The notes below the pieces were generated by a model that made no database searches, was not told the origin of the DNA, and saw only the letters and a list, made by a program, of their open reading frames with translations. DNA of 64,000 nt from Octopus vulgaris (Eukaryota), in assembly GCA_951406725.2 (NCBI GenBank), contig OX597814.1, positions 15,934,001 through 15,998,000 on the forward strand, written 5' to 3'. Shown here piece after piece: positions 41,870 through 54,954 of this stretch (within the stretch, counting starts at the first letter, position 1; each line of letters starts with the position of its first letter). The translations under genes and the position numbers were made by a program.

Positions 41870-42210
41870 GGGCAAAGACCCTCTTTGGTGATGAATGACC
41901 ATGGGATTGCACCTAGAAAGTTACCCTCAGATGCAGAAGTCCGAGTAAGGTTGTTTATGGAAGACCAGCTGTCGTCCATGCATACCAGCCTCCCCTCTCT
42001 TGGTCTCCAAAGTTATCAAAAGGAAAAGCAAAGGACGATACAGCTTGGCCCCAGAGACGGCGCAACTCATTTCTACAGCTGAGTGAACTAGAGAAACGTG
42101 AAATAAAGTGATTTGCTCAAAAACACACGACACAGCCCAGTCCGAGAATCGAACTCACTACCGCATAATTGTGAGCCGGACGCTCTAATCGCTAGGTCAT
42201 GCGCCTTTAG
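41870..42210 (-). mobile_element. tRNA-derived SINE, family E (core shared with family D, different tail)
   Basis: Minus strand GGCGCATGACCTAGCG...GAGTTCGATTCTC head, TTGAGCAAATCACTTTATTTCACG core; possible TSD ATATATACA at 41861 and 42211. Confidence 0.8.
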
Positions 42211-42726
42211 ATATATACATAGACTATTATAGCGTTGCTATTATATTAAACTGTCGTATGTCAAAATTTGGCCAAGTGCGTTCTTCTTTTCTTTTTTAAA
42301 TGTTTGATTTTTCCTGCAATGGCCAGTTCTTTTGGTCAAAATATCTTATCTTCAGCTGCTTCAGATGCCAAGATATGAAAATTGCCAAAGTGTAGTACAA
42401 CGGTTTAGCATTTTTTCAAAAGTGTAGTAAGTCTCACATACGACAGTTTTGCAAAAATATTTTCTGACAGAAAATATCATTCACGCATGAAGTTACGATT
42501 TCATTCACCCAACATAGTATTACTGTTAAGCTGAAACTGTTGCTAATGTAAGAAGAAATGGAATGGTGAAACTCTTTTTTCGTCTTCTGAACAAGCAACG
42601 ATTTGGACTTATTAAATTACTGCATCTGGATTTTTCTGTGTGCGTTTTATTTGTGTCTTTGAAAAATATATATATTTATGAATGAAAAGATGTCATCCTA
42701 TATAATTGAGAAAAAGACGAACACAA

Positions 42727-42795
<69 letters not shown>

Positions 42796-42911
42796 AGCTT
42801 AGAGAAGAAGAAGAAACGAAACGAAACCTAACGAATCGAATCGAATCGACGCGAAGGCGCTCAGTCATACAATAGTGTAATAAATAAAATATATGCATAC
42901 ATAAAACATAG

Positions 42912-42926
42912 CCTGTCGTATATATG

Positions 42927-42961
<35 letters not shown>

Positions 42962-43160
42962 TTGTGTGTCTGTGTTTGTCTCCCTAGCATTGCTGGTGTG
43001 TTTACGTCCCATTTCACTTAGCGGTTCGGCAAAAGAGACCGATAGAATAAGTACTGGGCTTACAAAGAATAAGTCCCGGGGTCGATGTGCTCGACTAAAG
43101 GCGGTGCTCCAGCATGTAGGTACAGTCAAATGACTGAAACAAGTAAAAGAGTAAAAGAGT
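42912..43160 (+). mobile_element. SINE family B 3' half
   Basis: CCTGTCG + microsatellite + conserved 3' body and GTAAAAGA tail. Confidence 0.9.
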
Positions 43161-43714
43161 ATATATATATATGTAATGTCGATTATAAACACTCAGCATT
43201 ATTCAATATCAGTTTTTGTAATCGATAAACATAGCATTATGTTAGAACATATAAGTGCACTGCGAATATACTAATATTGCATGCAAAAGCTGCGAATAAT
43301 TACACAATTATTACCACCAATATCTCCATTTACTTCTTTTTGCTTCTGATGATTTCTAAATCGTCAATTAGTAATTCACCCAGTCGACAAACTCAAAAAT
43401 TCTAAGCTCATAATTAGTCGATTATTCACGTCCAAATATACTGGATGACATAATATCAATGCTTATATCGTTGTAGACATTGTTAGCATACATGAATGTA
43501 GTGTTTTCTAGATTCAATGTTTATACATATGAATATATGAATATTATATCAACATGCATATAATACACACGTTTCGATGACAAGCCGTCGAAATAACAAT
43601 TAACAAAATGGTATTTCAAAGCGACCGTGCACAGTACTCAGATGCGTATACATGTGTGTTGGTGCGTCTTCTGCGTCTTTGTGTTTATAAGTATGTATGT
43701 GTATGTGTGTGTGC

Positions 43715-43765
<51 letters not shown>

Positions 43766-43843
43766 AGAGAGAGAGAGACAGGCAGATAGACAGATTGCTA
43801 GAGAGATATGCATTTATATAAATGTGTGTGTATATATATGTGC

Positions 43844-43889
<46 letters not shown>

Positions 43890-44021
43890 ATACATATATA
43901 TATATCATATATATATATATATACATATATATATGCATATATATATATATATACATATATATATGCATATATATATATATATACATATATATATGCATAT
44001 ATATATATATACATATATATA

Positions 44022-44077
<56 letters not shown>

Positions 44078-44080
44078 TAT

Positions 44081-44215
44081 AATTCAATCCAAACAAGAAC
44101 AAGAAAGAAAAAGCAACGCGAGGACGCGGAAAAGAAAGCAAAGAAAAGAAAAGGATTGCATATTTCGAGCGGAACTCTTCATCAGAAGTATAGAAAAAGT
44201 CTAAAGAAGGGATAT
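44081..44215 (-). mobile_element. second copy of the 3913-4115 repeat, with hammerhead-like core
   Basis: Minus strand CTGATGA-A-GAG-TTCCG-CTC-GAAA; abuts a long (TA)n. Confidence 0.55.
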
Positions 44216-44231
44216 ATATACATACAAAAAA

Positions 44232-44652
44232 GGCGGCAAGACAGCAGAATCGTTAGCACGCTGGACGAAATGCTTACCGGCATTTCGTCTGCTGTTAGGT
44301 TCTGAGTTCAAATTCCGCCGAGGTCCACTTTGCCTTTCATCCTTCCGGAGTAGATAAATTAACTACCAGTTACGCACTGGGGTCGATGTAGTCGACTTAA
44401 TCCGTTTATCTGACCCTGTTTGTCCCCTGTATAGTTAGCCCCTTGTGGGCAATAAAGAAATAAGAATCGTTAGCACGCTGGACGAAATGCTTAGCGGTAT
44501 TTCTCCCGTCGCTACGTTCTCAGTTCAAATTCCCTGGTCGACTTTGCCTCATCCTTTCGGGGTCGATAAATCAAGTACCAGTGAATGCTGGGTTTGATGT
44601 AATCGAATAGTCTCTTCCCGCCAAATACGAGGCCTTGTGTTTCCAGTATAAA
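44232..44652 (+). mobile_element. head-to-tail pair of family A-type SINEs with different tails
   Basis: AGAATCGTTAGCACGCTGGACGAAATGCTTA at 44246 and 44464, each followed by the family A core. Confidence 0.85.
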
Positions 44653-44654
44653 GT

Positions 44655-44713
<59 letters not shown>

Positions 44714-45319
44714 TCTTTCGTTCTATTTAATATTAATTTTTGTTTAAATGCTGCGTACTGTGTATGTTCCTCTATGTGTGCGCTTCCGCATGTATTATAT
44801 GAACAATTTCTTATGTGTAAATAATGATATAAAATTTATATACGGGGTTTCTGCAGAAGTGTGATGTTTGTGTGTTTTTGAATTCGAATGCATATTGTTA
44901 TGTGTATATGTGTGTGAACTTGAGTACGAACTGGTGTTTGTGCTTAATTACATGTACGTATTAATATTAGCAGGTTACTCCGGTTGTATTTACGCGTAAT
45001 TTCTCCACTAAAAAGTAACTGGAAGAAATTTTGTTGCGAGGCAAAAACCAATATTGTTAATGGTCTAACCTTATTTTTAGTATTTCGTGAAGAATGGGAG
45101 GCAATTCGGATTTCTTTCAATTTCATTAGGCATCCTCAGTGATCATATTTAATGGAGTAAAGAAGGAAAAGAAATAAGTAATTGTACTATATTCTACACA
45201 TGTTGGTGTCTAAAGTTAGAAATATACACAATTCAGTTTAAATTAACTTCATCGAAGAAAGAAAAAAAAGAATCACGTTAGTTACGAGGATTATAAAAAA
45301 AATCATACTACAATGTGGC

Positions 45320-45735
45320 TCACGAAAAAGCAGTCCGGGTCTGTAGCGTAGTGGAAATAGCGCTTCAAATGAGTCACCATCATAAAAGACTTTGAAAAAG
45401 GTTCAACTTTGACTTATGAACCCCCGTTGACATAAACTCTTGCTTATGTAAAATTGTCACGCCAGTGCACGTGTTGACTCCTTTGGAAGTTGCATAATCC
45501 TTTGGGAAAATCCTGAATAACTTTCGATGTTTGAGCTGTCGGGTCTTTTGGTTTAGGACCATTGTAAACTGGCCCCGTAGTGCGCCACTTCTTAACTAGC
45601 GTTTGGTATCGTTCTCTTTGCCGGTAAGACTTTACCCGGAAACTTAACCTCAAAAGTGTTACGCATTTACTTAACAGAACCCATTCTTAGATACGCTACC
45701 ATGATTTTCACTCTTTCCGTTATTGAGTACGTCAG
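45320..45735 (-). pseudogene. decayed Tc1/mariner-like transposase N-terminal HTH fragment (DUF4817-like)
   Basis: YSITERVKIMVAYLRMGSVK*MRNTFEVKFPGKVLPAKRTI/TLVKKWRTTGPV resembles the YSxEER...F...P...TI..LV.KF..TGSV pattern; stops and frameshifts. Confidence 0.6.
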
Positions 45736-47030
45736 CTTGTAAAAAAGGGCTAGAGATGTTCACCCAATGTGATGAAGATGTTGGCATATAAAGATTCAAG
45801 AAAAAAAATTAATGACATCAAGCTCACCAGTCTTTGAGGGTTTGCAATGTTCTAGAACCAGCAGGTAAAAGACGAAAGCTGGCCTGCCGATAAGTAGCAA
45901 CAAAAAATCATGGTTTATAAAATCATGGACATCATAGCGTTATTCTTAATTGTAAAACTTTCAAATCGAGAAAGTTCAAATTGAAGAAGTAAAATTTAGT
46001 TTGAAATCTAGTAAGCAGTTGAGGAAAATATCTTAGACATATGGAAGTAGTGGTTTCGATTCAAGCTTGAAGTAGTTTCACTATATTCGCTTGAGGAGAA
46101 TTTGAACGTCAAAATACTTACTTACTCTAAAATATAAAACAGATCTTTTGTTTTGTTTGTCAAAAGACAAGATACTAGATGTTTCTTTCTCTCTATATAT
46201 ATATGTCCAATCAAATAGTAAAATAAAAACCATGACAAACAATAAGAGAAAATACGGCAGCAACAGAACATATTAACTAAGTATTACCACGTAATAAAAA
46301 AAGAGATAATTATATATATACAAGACGAACAGAACAGAAACCAATTACTTAGAATAATAAAGAATTATCTTAAAAACAAAATTTGTCTACGAAAATAAAT
46401 CTACAACAAAATAGAATATTCCCAGTACATAATATATATATATATATAAAACAATATAAAAAAAAACATGAGATCGTATCGACCTATCCCTCCGGGTATA
46501 CCTGATATCAGCTGTAAAAATATTGATGAGGAAAACCATATGAAACAATTGCCCTCCCAACAAAAATTGATATGAATAAAAACAAGAGAAAATTGCATTC
46601 GTGACGAATATGAAACATTTGCATATAACTAAAATTGTTTACTTTGTTCAAGTGGTCCATTCCCATCTTGAGATGTGGCGCCAATTATTTATGATAAACG
46701 TGCATTTTCTTGTAAGAAAGAATAGTGGAAAAAGCAGACAGACCTATTGTGTTTTCTCTGTTTCTCCGTATATTTCTCTCTTACTCACTCTCTCTCTGCA
46801 ATATGTATGTATGTATTTAGAACGATAGCTAGATTGATAGATGTGTTTCTGTATGTCTATTTGTATGTGTGTGTGTGTGTGTATTGTGAGCGCATACATC
46901 TTCCTGTGAATAAATTTTGTAATTGCTAATTTAAAGGAATTCTAAGAATAACTATATAACATCTACTAATTGCAGATTTTAAAAAATGCGGAAGAGTGAA
47001 ATTTATAATTATATATATATACATATATAT

Positions 47031-47307
47031 AGTTACAGGGACGTAAACACACCAGCATCTGTTGGTTGGAAAAACACAGACACACACGCACACACACACA
47101 CACATGCATACGTATATATATATACGTATATATACATATATATATATGTGTTTTTCCAACCAACAGATGCTGGTGTGTTTACGTCCCTGTAACTTTACAG
47201 TTCGGCAAAAGAGACCGATGGAATTAGTACTAGGCTTCAAAAGAATAAGTCCTGGTCTTGATTTGCTTGACTAAAGGCGGTGCCCCAGCATGGCCGCAGT
47301 CAAATGA
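47031..47307 (+). mobile_element. SINE family B 3' fragment with a local inverted duplication
   Basis: 47147-47307 is the family B 3' body; 47031-47078 is the exact reverse complement of 47147-47194. Confidence 0.85.
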
Positions 47308-47612
47308 TATATATATATATATATATATATACAGAGAGAGAGAGGGAGCTATACATATGTGCTTCTATGTGTGTGCGCGTGTGTGTGTGTATGCGTGTGT
47401 GTGCGTGTGTGTGTGTGTGTGCGCGTGTGTGTAGGTTGAACAACAATGTTAAATGAACAACTCTCTGCATCCAAATCTGATAAGTTCGTACAATATTCTG
47501 AATCCGTAATCAGAGTTCTCTCAAGCGATAAAATAAATACAAAAATGTATACATACAGAAGTAAACAAAAATATAAATAAGAAACATTTGACTAATTTAT
47601 TCTTTCTCTCCA

Positions 47613-47810
47613 TGGTGGTGAGCTATAAGAATCTTTATCGTACCGGACAAAATGCTTTGTGACATTTTCCCCCGGTTTTCAACGTTCTGAGTTCAAACTT
47701 CGCTCTCCATCCATCCTGGCTTTCTAAAATAAGTACAAGTCAGGTACAGGGGTCGATGTAATTGATTAATCCTCGCCCAACAAATTTCTGGCCTTGTACG
47801 TATGGTAGAA
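47613..47810 (+). mobile_element. old diverged family A-type SINE
   Basis: GGTGGTGAGCT...ACGTTCTGAGTTCAAA...AAATAAGTAC...GGGGTCGATGTAAT...GGCCTTGT. Confidence 0.7.
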
Positions 47811-48732
47811 AATATATTATATCGTTCTCTAATTTACTCTCCCTCTTCTCTCTCATCCCCACTCTCTCTTTCTCTTTCTCTCTCTCTCACTTTGTCTTTC
47901 TCCCGCTCTATTCCACTTACTCTTCATTCACACCGTGCCAGCTTAAAAATGTATGCATGCACTGGAAAATGAATTCATAGATAGACAGATAGTTGGTACG
48001 GTCACAGATATAAAGTTTGTAAACTATATTCGCTCGTTCAGAGCACGACTGATCTGGACCGAATAACTTCTATGTATATCTTTCCCTTTTTTAAGAAAGA
48101 AAAGAGCATATGAAATGGATTTGGCTGCTATTTATCACAGGTCGGGCAAATGCAAATATCAAAGGTGGGAAAATATGTAAAACATTCTGAAGTAGATAGC
48201 TAGATTCAACATCCCAAAGATCGTCAACTCATTTCTGTACATAGAGGGATATACGTCTGTGCGTGTGTATGTAATATTTATCTATGTAATATTTATCTAA
48301 TATTAATGAGTAGCAGTTCTTTTATAATAAATCTAAAATTGGAGGTCGTCCACAGGAAAAAAAAAATTACTTATTTTGGTGGTTCACCGCGAAAAAAAAG
48401 TTTTGGAACCCCTGCTTTAGAGTATAGTTTCAATCATCTGTCTAGATGCTTCTGATAGATCCTGGATGAAGTGCATGTTATCCTTCGGATTGTTAGCATA
48501 AAACTGACAGGGCTTTCAGACAATCGACTTGATGTATCACAGGGTCTGTGAAAAGGTAGCAGACTATATTATGTGGATTGTTCAGCAGTTACGATAAGGC
48601 AGTGATTGGACACCCGACAGGAGCAAAAGACAGTGAGGTTCGGTAGAGAATGGTTTTAGAATGTAGAGAGCAATAAGGCTGTTTGAGGTGCCTTCGTATC
48701 GTTGAGGCGTGCAGTAGTAGACCTAACGAACA

Positions 48733-49127
48733 AAATGGAATGGAAGCACTCCGTCGGTTACGACGACGAGGGTTCCGGTTGATCCGAATCAACGGAACAG
48801 CCTGCTCGTGAAATTAACGTGTAAGTGGCTGAGCACTCCACAGACACGTGTACCCTTAACGTAGTTCTCGGGGATATTCAGCGTGACACAGAGAGTGACA
48901 AGGCCGGCCCTTTGAAATACAAGGTACAACATAAACAGGAAGTAAGAGTGAGAGAAAGTTGTGGTGAAAGAGTACAGCAGGGATCATCACCATCCCTGTC
49001 GGAGCCTTGTGGAGCTTTAGGTGTTTTCGCTCAATAAACACTCACAACGCCCAGTCTGGGAATCGAAACCGCGATCCTATGACCGCGAGTCTGCTGCCCT
49101 AACCACTGGGCCATTGCGCCTCCACAG
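48733..49127 (-). mobile_element. SINE family C, full length
   Basis: TSD GACCTAACGAACA at 48720-48732 and 49128-49140. Confidence 0.94.
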
Positions 49128-49570
49128 GACCTAACGAACAGCGTTATTACGAAGAGAGTGTAAGATCCAGAAAGTGTTGTAGACATTGATGTTAGCAGAG
49201 TTGTTAGTAAATGTGATGGTGGAGAAGAGGAAGTGAAATAGATATTTTCGATGGTGGAAGACATGTCCAAAAAACTGAATTGGGTTAATGTAGACGAGAT
49301 ACCTTTGATATTGAGATATATGGTCAATGAATTGATAGAGGAGCTTTCAGGATCGGTAGAGGAAATAAATATACTTGGAGGATTGGGAAACAAAAACTTC
49401 AATTCGGAAAATCTAGAATTGTTTGATTCTGATATTCTGATTCTGATTCTGAAGAGGTGATTTGAAAAGAGAGTGAAATCGGCAAATATACAAAAAAAAA
49501 CAAAACAAAATACTTTCAAGTTTGATTATAGCTTGCAGATTAAACCGCAGTATTTCATTTTATTATTTTA

Positions 49571-49867
49571 CTAGGAGTATCGCCTGGCGTTGCTCGGGTT
49601 TGTAAGGGAAATAACTATATAAGCATTTTTAGAGAGTTACTTCCCTTATATAATAGCAAAAAATGCATTAAAAATGGGAAAAAATGATGGTAATTTTTTT
49701 TTAAATCGTAGACTCATCGTAGACGCGCGCTAATACCCAGAAGGGCTCGATATGAATCACGACTATAAGATACCCGCTTTTGGTTACACTGCACCGCAAA
49801 ATGTGGGAGTAGTTAGGAATCTAAATCGTAGGAGACAGACACACAACTTCACTTTTATATATAAAGA
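49571..49867 (-). mobile_element. non-autonomous Helitron-like element (shortest variant)
   Basis: Minus strand TCTTTATATATAAAAG start, hairpin + CTAG end, A|T insertion site. Confidence 0.87.
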
Positions 49868-51117
49868 TTTCCTGGTATCCAAAGAAGTACATGAGAGCTG
49901 TGATGTCATAATAGTTATCAGATGGGGCGGAAGAATACTTCTACTTCTATCGTTGGCATAATAGAGAACTCAGCAAAATGCATCAATGAGCTCGGATGTA
50001 GTATTAAACCCGGTGGCGTGATGTGTCTGCTAATACCAGAAGTTCACTGTATTTACTGTATTCCAATGTTCTTAGAAAAAGCACAAGCGCCAGAATGTCA
50101 CACGTCTCATTTCCCAATTTCAAGGGTCACTGCGTTCTAATAAAAAATATCTCATCTTGGTTTATTGATTAATACTAAATGTGAATATATACTGTAAATA
50201 TTTTAGAGATTTATTACGGGTCGGATTTATCAAGTGTCGGTCTATAGTTTGGAAATCATACCATTAATGTGTGTCTTTTTTATTTACAATTCACTTCGCC
50301 CATGAAATGTGTACAAAAATTTTATAATATCATATAATGTTTTTTAATACAGACCCATGGACAAATTTTCATTGATGCACTTATTGTTGTTCAATCCTGA
50401 GATCAGCTGCTACAATCGGTGAAACGATTGTATGCAATACACATTGTTATTGTTTCATATAGTCCAGCTCATCTGACAGAGAATCAAGTAGACAATCCAG
50501 CATAAAATAGTTTACCATTTCGCATGCAGCATTGCACTCTGAGCATGTTATCGTTGTGCTTTATAGTAACAGTGTTCTATATAACGTATTTCAAGATATC
50601 CACTGCTCTACTGACATATTTTTAATTTATTGGTAGATAATTTATAGGAATAAATATTTGTATATTCCTAGATTCGTAAGTACGTGGCGCCTAACTTTAT
50701 TATTAGTTTTAGTCTCTGTTTATATTTATACAATCCGTTGTCATATACTAATGCTTATTTATACGATGTTCATATTTGTCTTTTAGTAAATTTGTTTCCT
50801 TAGCGTAGCGTGTGCTAGACTTTGTAGTAGGCATATGAAATGTGGGAGAAAAAATTCTCTCGAAATTCATATTTCTATCATTCCATTTATTTTTCAGGGC
50901 TGCCTTGAATTATAATCGATTGGTTTCCTGCGAGAAAGAAGCAGAAATCTAATTTACTTTGATGCGATTAAAACCGATGATAAAGCCAATAACATACGTT
51001 TTAAGGAGACACATTTTGTTATTTATGGAGTGTCAGCTGAAGAATAACGCAAAAAAAAAAAAAAAACTGCAACAAAAAAAAATTAATAACAATAATCAAT
51101 AACAATAATCAAATAAA

Positions 51118-51180
<63 letters not shown>

Positions 51181-51685
51181 ATAATTACAAGATGGAAACA
51201 AAAAATAAATACCAAAGATAACAACACCAGTGACGACTATAACAATAATAAATCGAAGACAAAACAATAATGAAAATACAACTATCCAAATGCAACTATC
51301 TTAACTGTCCTATTCTATTCCACTTCATCAATTGTGCTTTTGTTGGCTTATTTGCACTGTTGTTCTTTATCTTTGTTTAAAAGAACACTTCTTACATTGA
51401 TTTCTTTATAACTCTTTCAATTCCTATTGGATTATTTTATCACACATTCAGAAGGCACGTCTAATTGCGCGCGCAGGCGTTTGCCTTTGTTTAAGTTTAA
51501 AAGTGTGTGTGTGTGTGGGTGCAGTTACTCATGAATGCGGTTATACACCCACATACACACATACGCTCATGTATGATAGTCATATTTATATTTCTGGTAT
51601 GGACGACATACGTTTATATATATATATATATATATGCATGTATGCATATATTTGTATATATCTATGTATATATCTATAAATATAT

Positions 51686-51725
<40 letters not shown>

Positions 51726-51953
51726 TTGTGTGTGTGTGTGTATTTATGTATGTAGGTATGTGCGTGTATATATATATGTATATATATATGTGTGTTTATG
51801 TATTTATATATATATATCTGTGTGTGTGTGTGTGTGTATGCATTTTTATATATGTGTCTATATATATATGTGTGTGTATTTATTTATATATATGTGTGTT
51901 TGTATGTATTTATATATATATGTGTGTATGTATATATGTATGTAGGTATGTGC

Positions 51954-51997
<44 letters not shown>

Positions 51998-52105
51998 ATG
52001 TGTCTGTCTGGCTGTCTATCTCTCTTTCTGTCTGTGTGTCTGTGTCTCTGTGCGTGTATGTTTCTTTAGCATTTTACACAGCTGTACCATATTCTACTTT
52101 TGCAG

Positions 52106-52222
52106 ATGCATGATACTTGTAGAAGAAGCAGTCTGCCCTCCGTGAGATACTTAGAAGAAAGCTTGGATAAAAATTCATTTAAATATCCATACTTGGAGAA
52201 GTTGGCTGAAGGAGATCAATAG
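52106..52222 (+). CDS. candidate terminal coding exon (phase 0: MHDTCRRSSLPSVRYLEESLDKNSFKYPYLEKLAEGDQ*; phase 2 alternative CMILVEEAVCPP*)
   Basis: Strong TTCTACTTTTGCAG| acceptor, unique sequence, followed by T-rich UTR-like DNA. Confidence 0.38.
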   Translation: MHDTCRRSSLPSVRYLEESLDKNSFKYPYLEKLAEGDQ

Positions 52223-52438
52223 CATTTTTAGTTTTTGTTTATTTTTGGTGATTATATATAGTTATATGTTTGCTTTTCATTTTCTAAAGAATTTTTTCTT
52301 CCTACAAGTATTTGAAAAAGTTTATCACATCTTTTTTCGCTTCCCACATTTTATTGCATTTCCCATTTTTACCCATTTGGTTATATATCTAGAATTGTTG
52401 TTTGTCTATATATGTATGAGTGTGTTTGTCTGCGTGCG

Positions 52439-52488
<50 letters not shown>

Positions 52489-52571
52489 TGTGTGTGCCTG
52501 CGTGTCTGTGTGCCTCTGTGTAACTAAACAATACTTTATTCTACTTATGAAATACTTAGTGCTCTTAAGAC

Positions 52572-52635
<64 letters not shown>

Positions 52636-52662
52636 ATTATTATTATTATTATTATTATTATT

Positions 52663-52740
<78 letters not shown>
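52572..52740. repeat. (TAT)n(CAT)n(TAT)n microsatellite
   Basis: Direct reading. Confidence 0.95.
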
Positions 52741-53769
52741 GAGAATAAGAATATTGTTAATAATCGAAAATTATCATAATCCTTATATCTATATAGTAAT
52801 AAATATAAAGGTTTTTGTGTGAAAATTTGTATGGCTTTTTATTGATTATTGTTATTATTTTTAAAAACCTTTTTTTATATTTCCGCAAATACAACGATTT
52901 TTTTAAAAATGAAAGCATTTAATGTAGGTATGCTTTCTTTTAGAAAATGCAAAAAATAAACAAAAGAAGACATCTGTTTAAATATATATATAAATAACAT
53001 TAATACAATAAAATGCATTTTAAATATAAAGCATTTAAAAAAGTAGTTTTCAAGGAAATATTTCTTTACAAACATCTATTTACATTCTCCACACTGGAAC
53101 ATCCCACCCCATTTTACTTCTGATGTTGCTTTTAGTTATTTACATTTTTTTTATATTTTCTTTTTTGCACCATTTTTTTATATAGCTATTCATTAGAAGG
53201 AAGGGAGGTAAATGAGGAAAAAAATCCCCCAAAATATAACAACCACAATGACAAACTCCACAGCAATAACAACAAGAACAAGAATAATAATAACAGCAAT
53301 ATCAATAATAACGATAATAATGAATGTTTTGAAGTAGAAAAACTTCTTTATGTTATTAGCGTGGAGTATACATAAAACAGGGATGTTTTCTATCTTTGCT
53401 TGGATTGTAGATTTTATTTATTTTCCCTAGTTACTCGTTTATTTATCTATCTAAAGGTACTTGTTGTTTGCATTGGAACAATTGAAAGAATACAATTGAT
53501 TAAATTTTCATTATATTCATAAATTGTTAAATATAGAGGGAGAATTAAATATATTCGAGTAAAAATCTCGATACACATGCAAATACACACACACACTCAA
53601 GAATATACACAAACACGTACAAAGACAAATATGATACACACAGAAAGACGTTTTTTACACTTATAAGTGCCTGTATATATGTACATCATTAGACATATAC
53701 ACATGCACCGGTTGAATAAGCTGTTAGGCATAACATGAAATCCTAGTCTAAATGAAATTCGACTTAAAA

Positions 53770-53879
<110 letters not shown>

Positions 53880-54208
53880 GTATGTATATCAAATAGCAGT
53901 AAAATTAACATCAAGATGCACTTTAACAGTGAACAGATTTTTGCAGCCGAAACCACCGTAGATGCAAGCAAAGAAATAGCTCTATAATAAAACATGGATG
54001 TGCAAATCTCTATTCTCCTGATCTTCATTAATTTAAGGAAATAATGCAGTTCCTATAAGGATATTCGGATTTACTAAGCGAAGACAATAACCAATTTTCA
54101 ATAAGTTGAGTATCTCCAAAGTTCGCTGTGGCTTGCTGGCATTGTGAACCGAGCTTAGAGTTAACACAGTAACCGTCAGGATTAGATATCCTTTGAAACC
54201 ATTTCTGG

Positions 54209-54260
<52 letters not shown>

Positions 54261-54267
<7 letters not shown>

Positions 54268-54641
54268 AAACTGAAGTTGTCTGTGTATGGCAGGTTTGGT
54301 AGCCTTCAACTAACACTATCTCCTCCGAGACCCTGCGGCGCAAGTTGACCAAAATTGAGAGTATAATAGAAGAAGGCTTGCTCTTTCTTCCGTAGAATAA
54401 AAAATTCAAATCGGACCATGTTAACACCGAAAATTATTTACATCAAAACTGCTTTTTTTCTATGAAAATCACTATATTTTACGATTTTTGACTGCTGTGT
54501 CGCCAATTTTCTGTGTATCTCAACCAGAAAAACGTTCATTTAAAAAGAATGACAAGCTACATAATGCAAAACTTTTACTTTTCAAAAATTCCAATTCTAA
54601 ATGGTCGAAACAAATACGAGCATCGCCGAACGATACTGCTA

Positions 54642-54642
<1 letters not shown>
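54261..54642 (+). mobile_element. divergent Helitron-like element with family ends but a different interior
   Basis: TAAAACTGAAGTTGT 5' motif and ACAAATACGAGCATCGCCGAACGATACTGCTAG|T 3' end resemble the 5549/49571 family; 5' TC lost in (TA)n. Confidence 0.65.
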
Positions 54643-54697
<55 letters not shown>

Positions 54698-54954
54698 GTG
54701 TGTGTGTGTGTATACATATATACATGTATGTATATATTTATTTATATATATGCATATATATATATATTACATACATATATCTATGTATATACATATATGT
54801 ATATATATATATATGTACATCAATGTATGTATACGTAAATATGCATACAGATATATATATAAATGTATGTATGTTTTTTTATATATATATATATGCATAT
54901 ATACATATATACATACATGTATACATTTATACACACATTTACAATTTTTTTACA

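Noticed and set aside
42248-42449. 14-bp inverted repeat AAACTGTCGTATGT as a MITE
   Set aside because: Short, no TSD, single copy in the window
48430-49400. Possible second very old Penelope remnant (FSFLDMS, NIVCYLF on minus strand)
   Set aside because: Too few and too degraded motifs to support as a feature
50898-50955. Strong acceptor followed by AALNYNRLVSCEKEAEI*
   Set aside because: No phase-compatible place in either exon chain and no independent support
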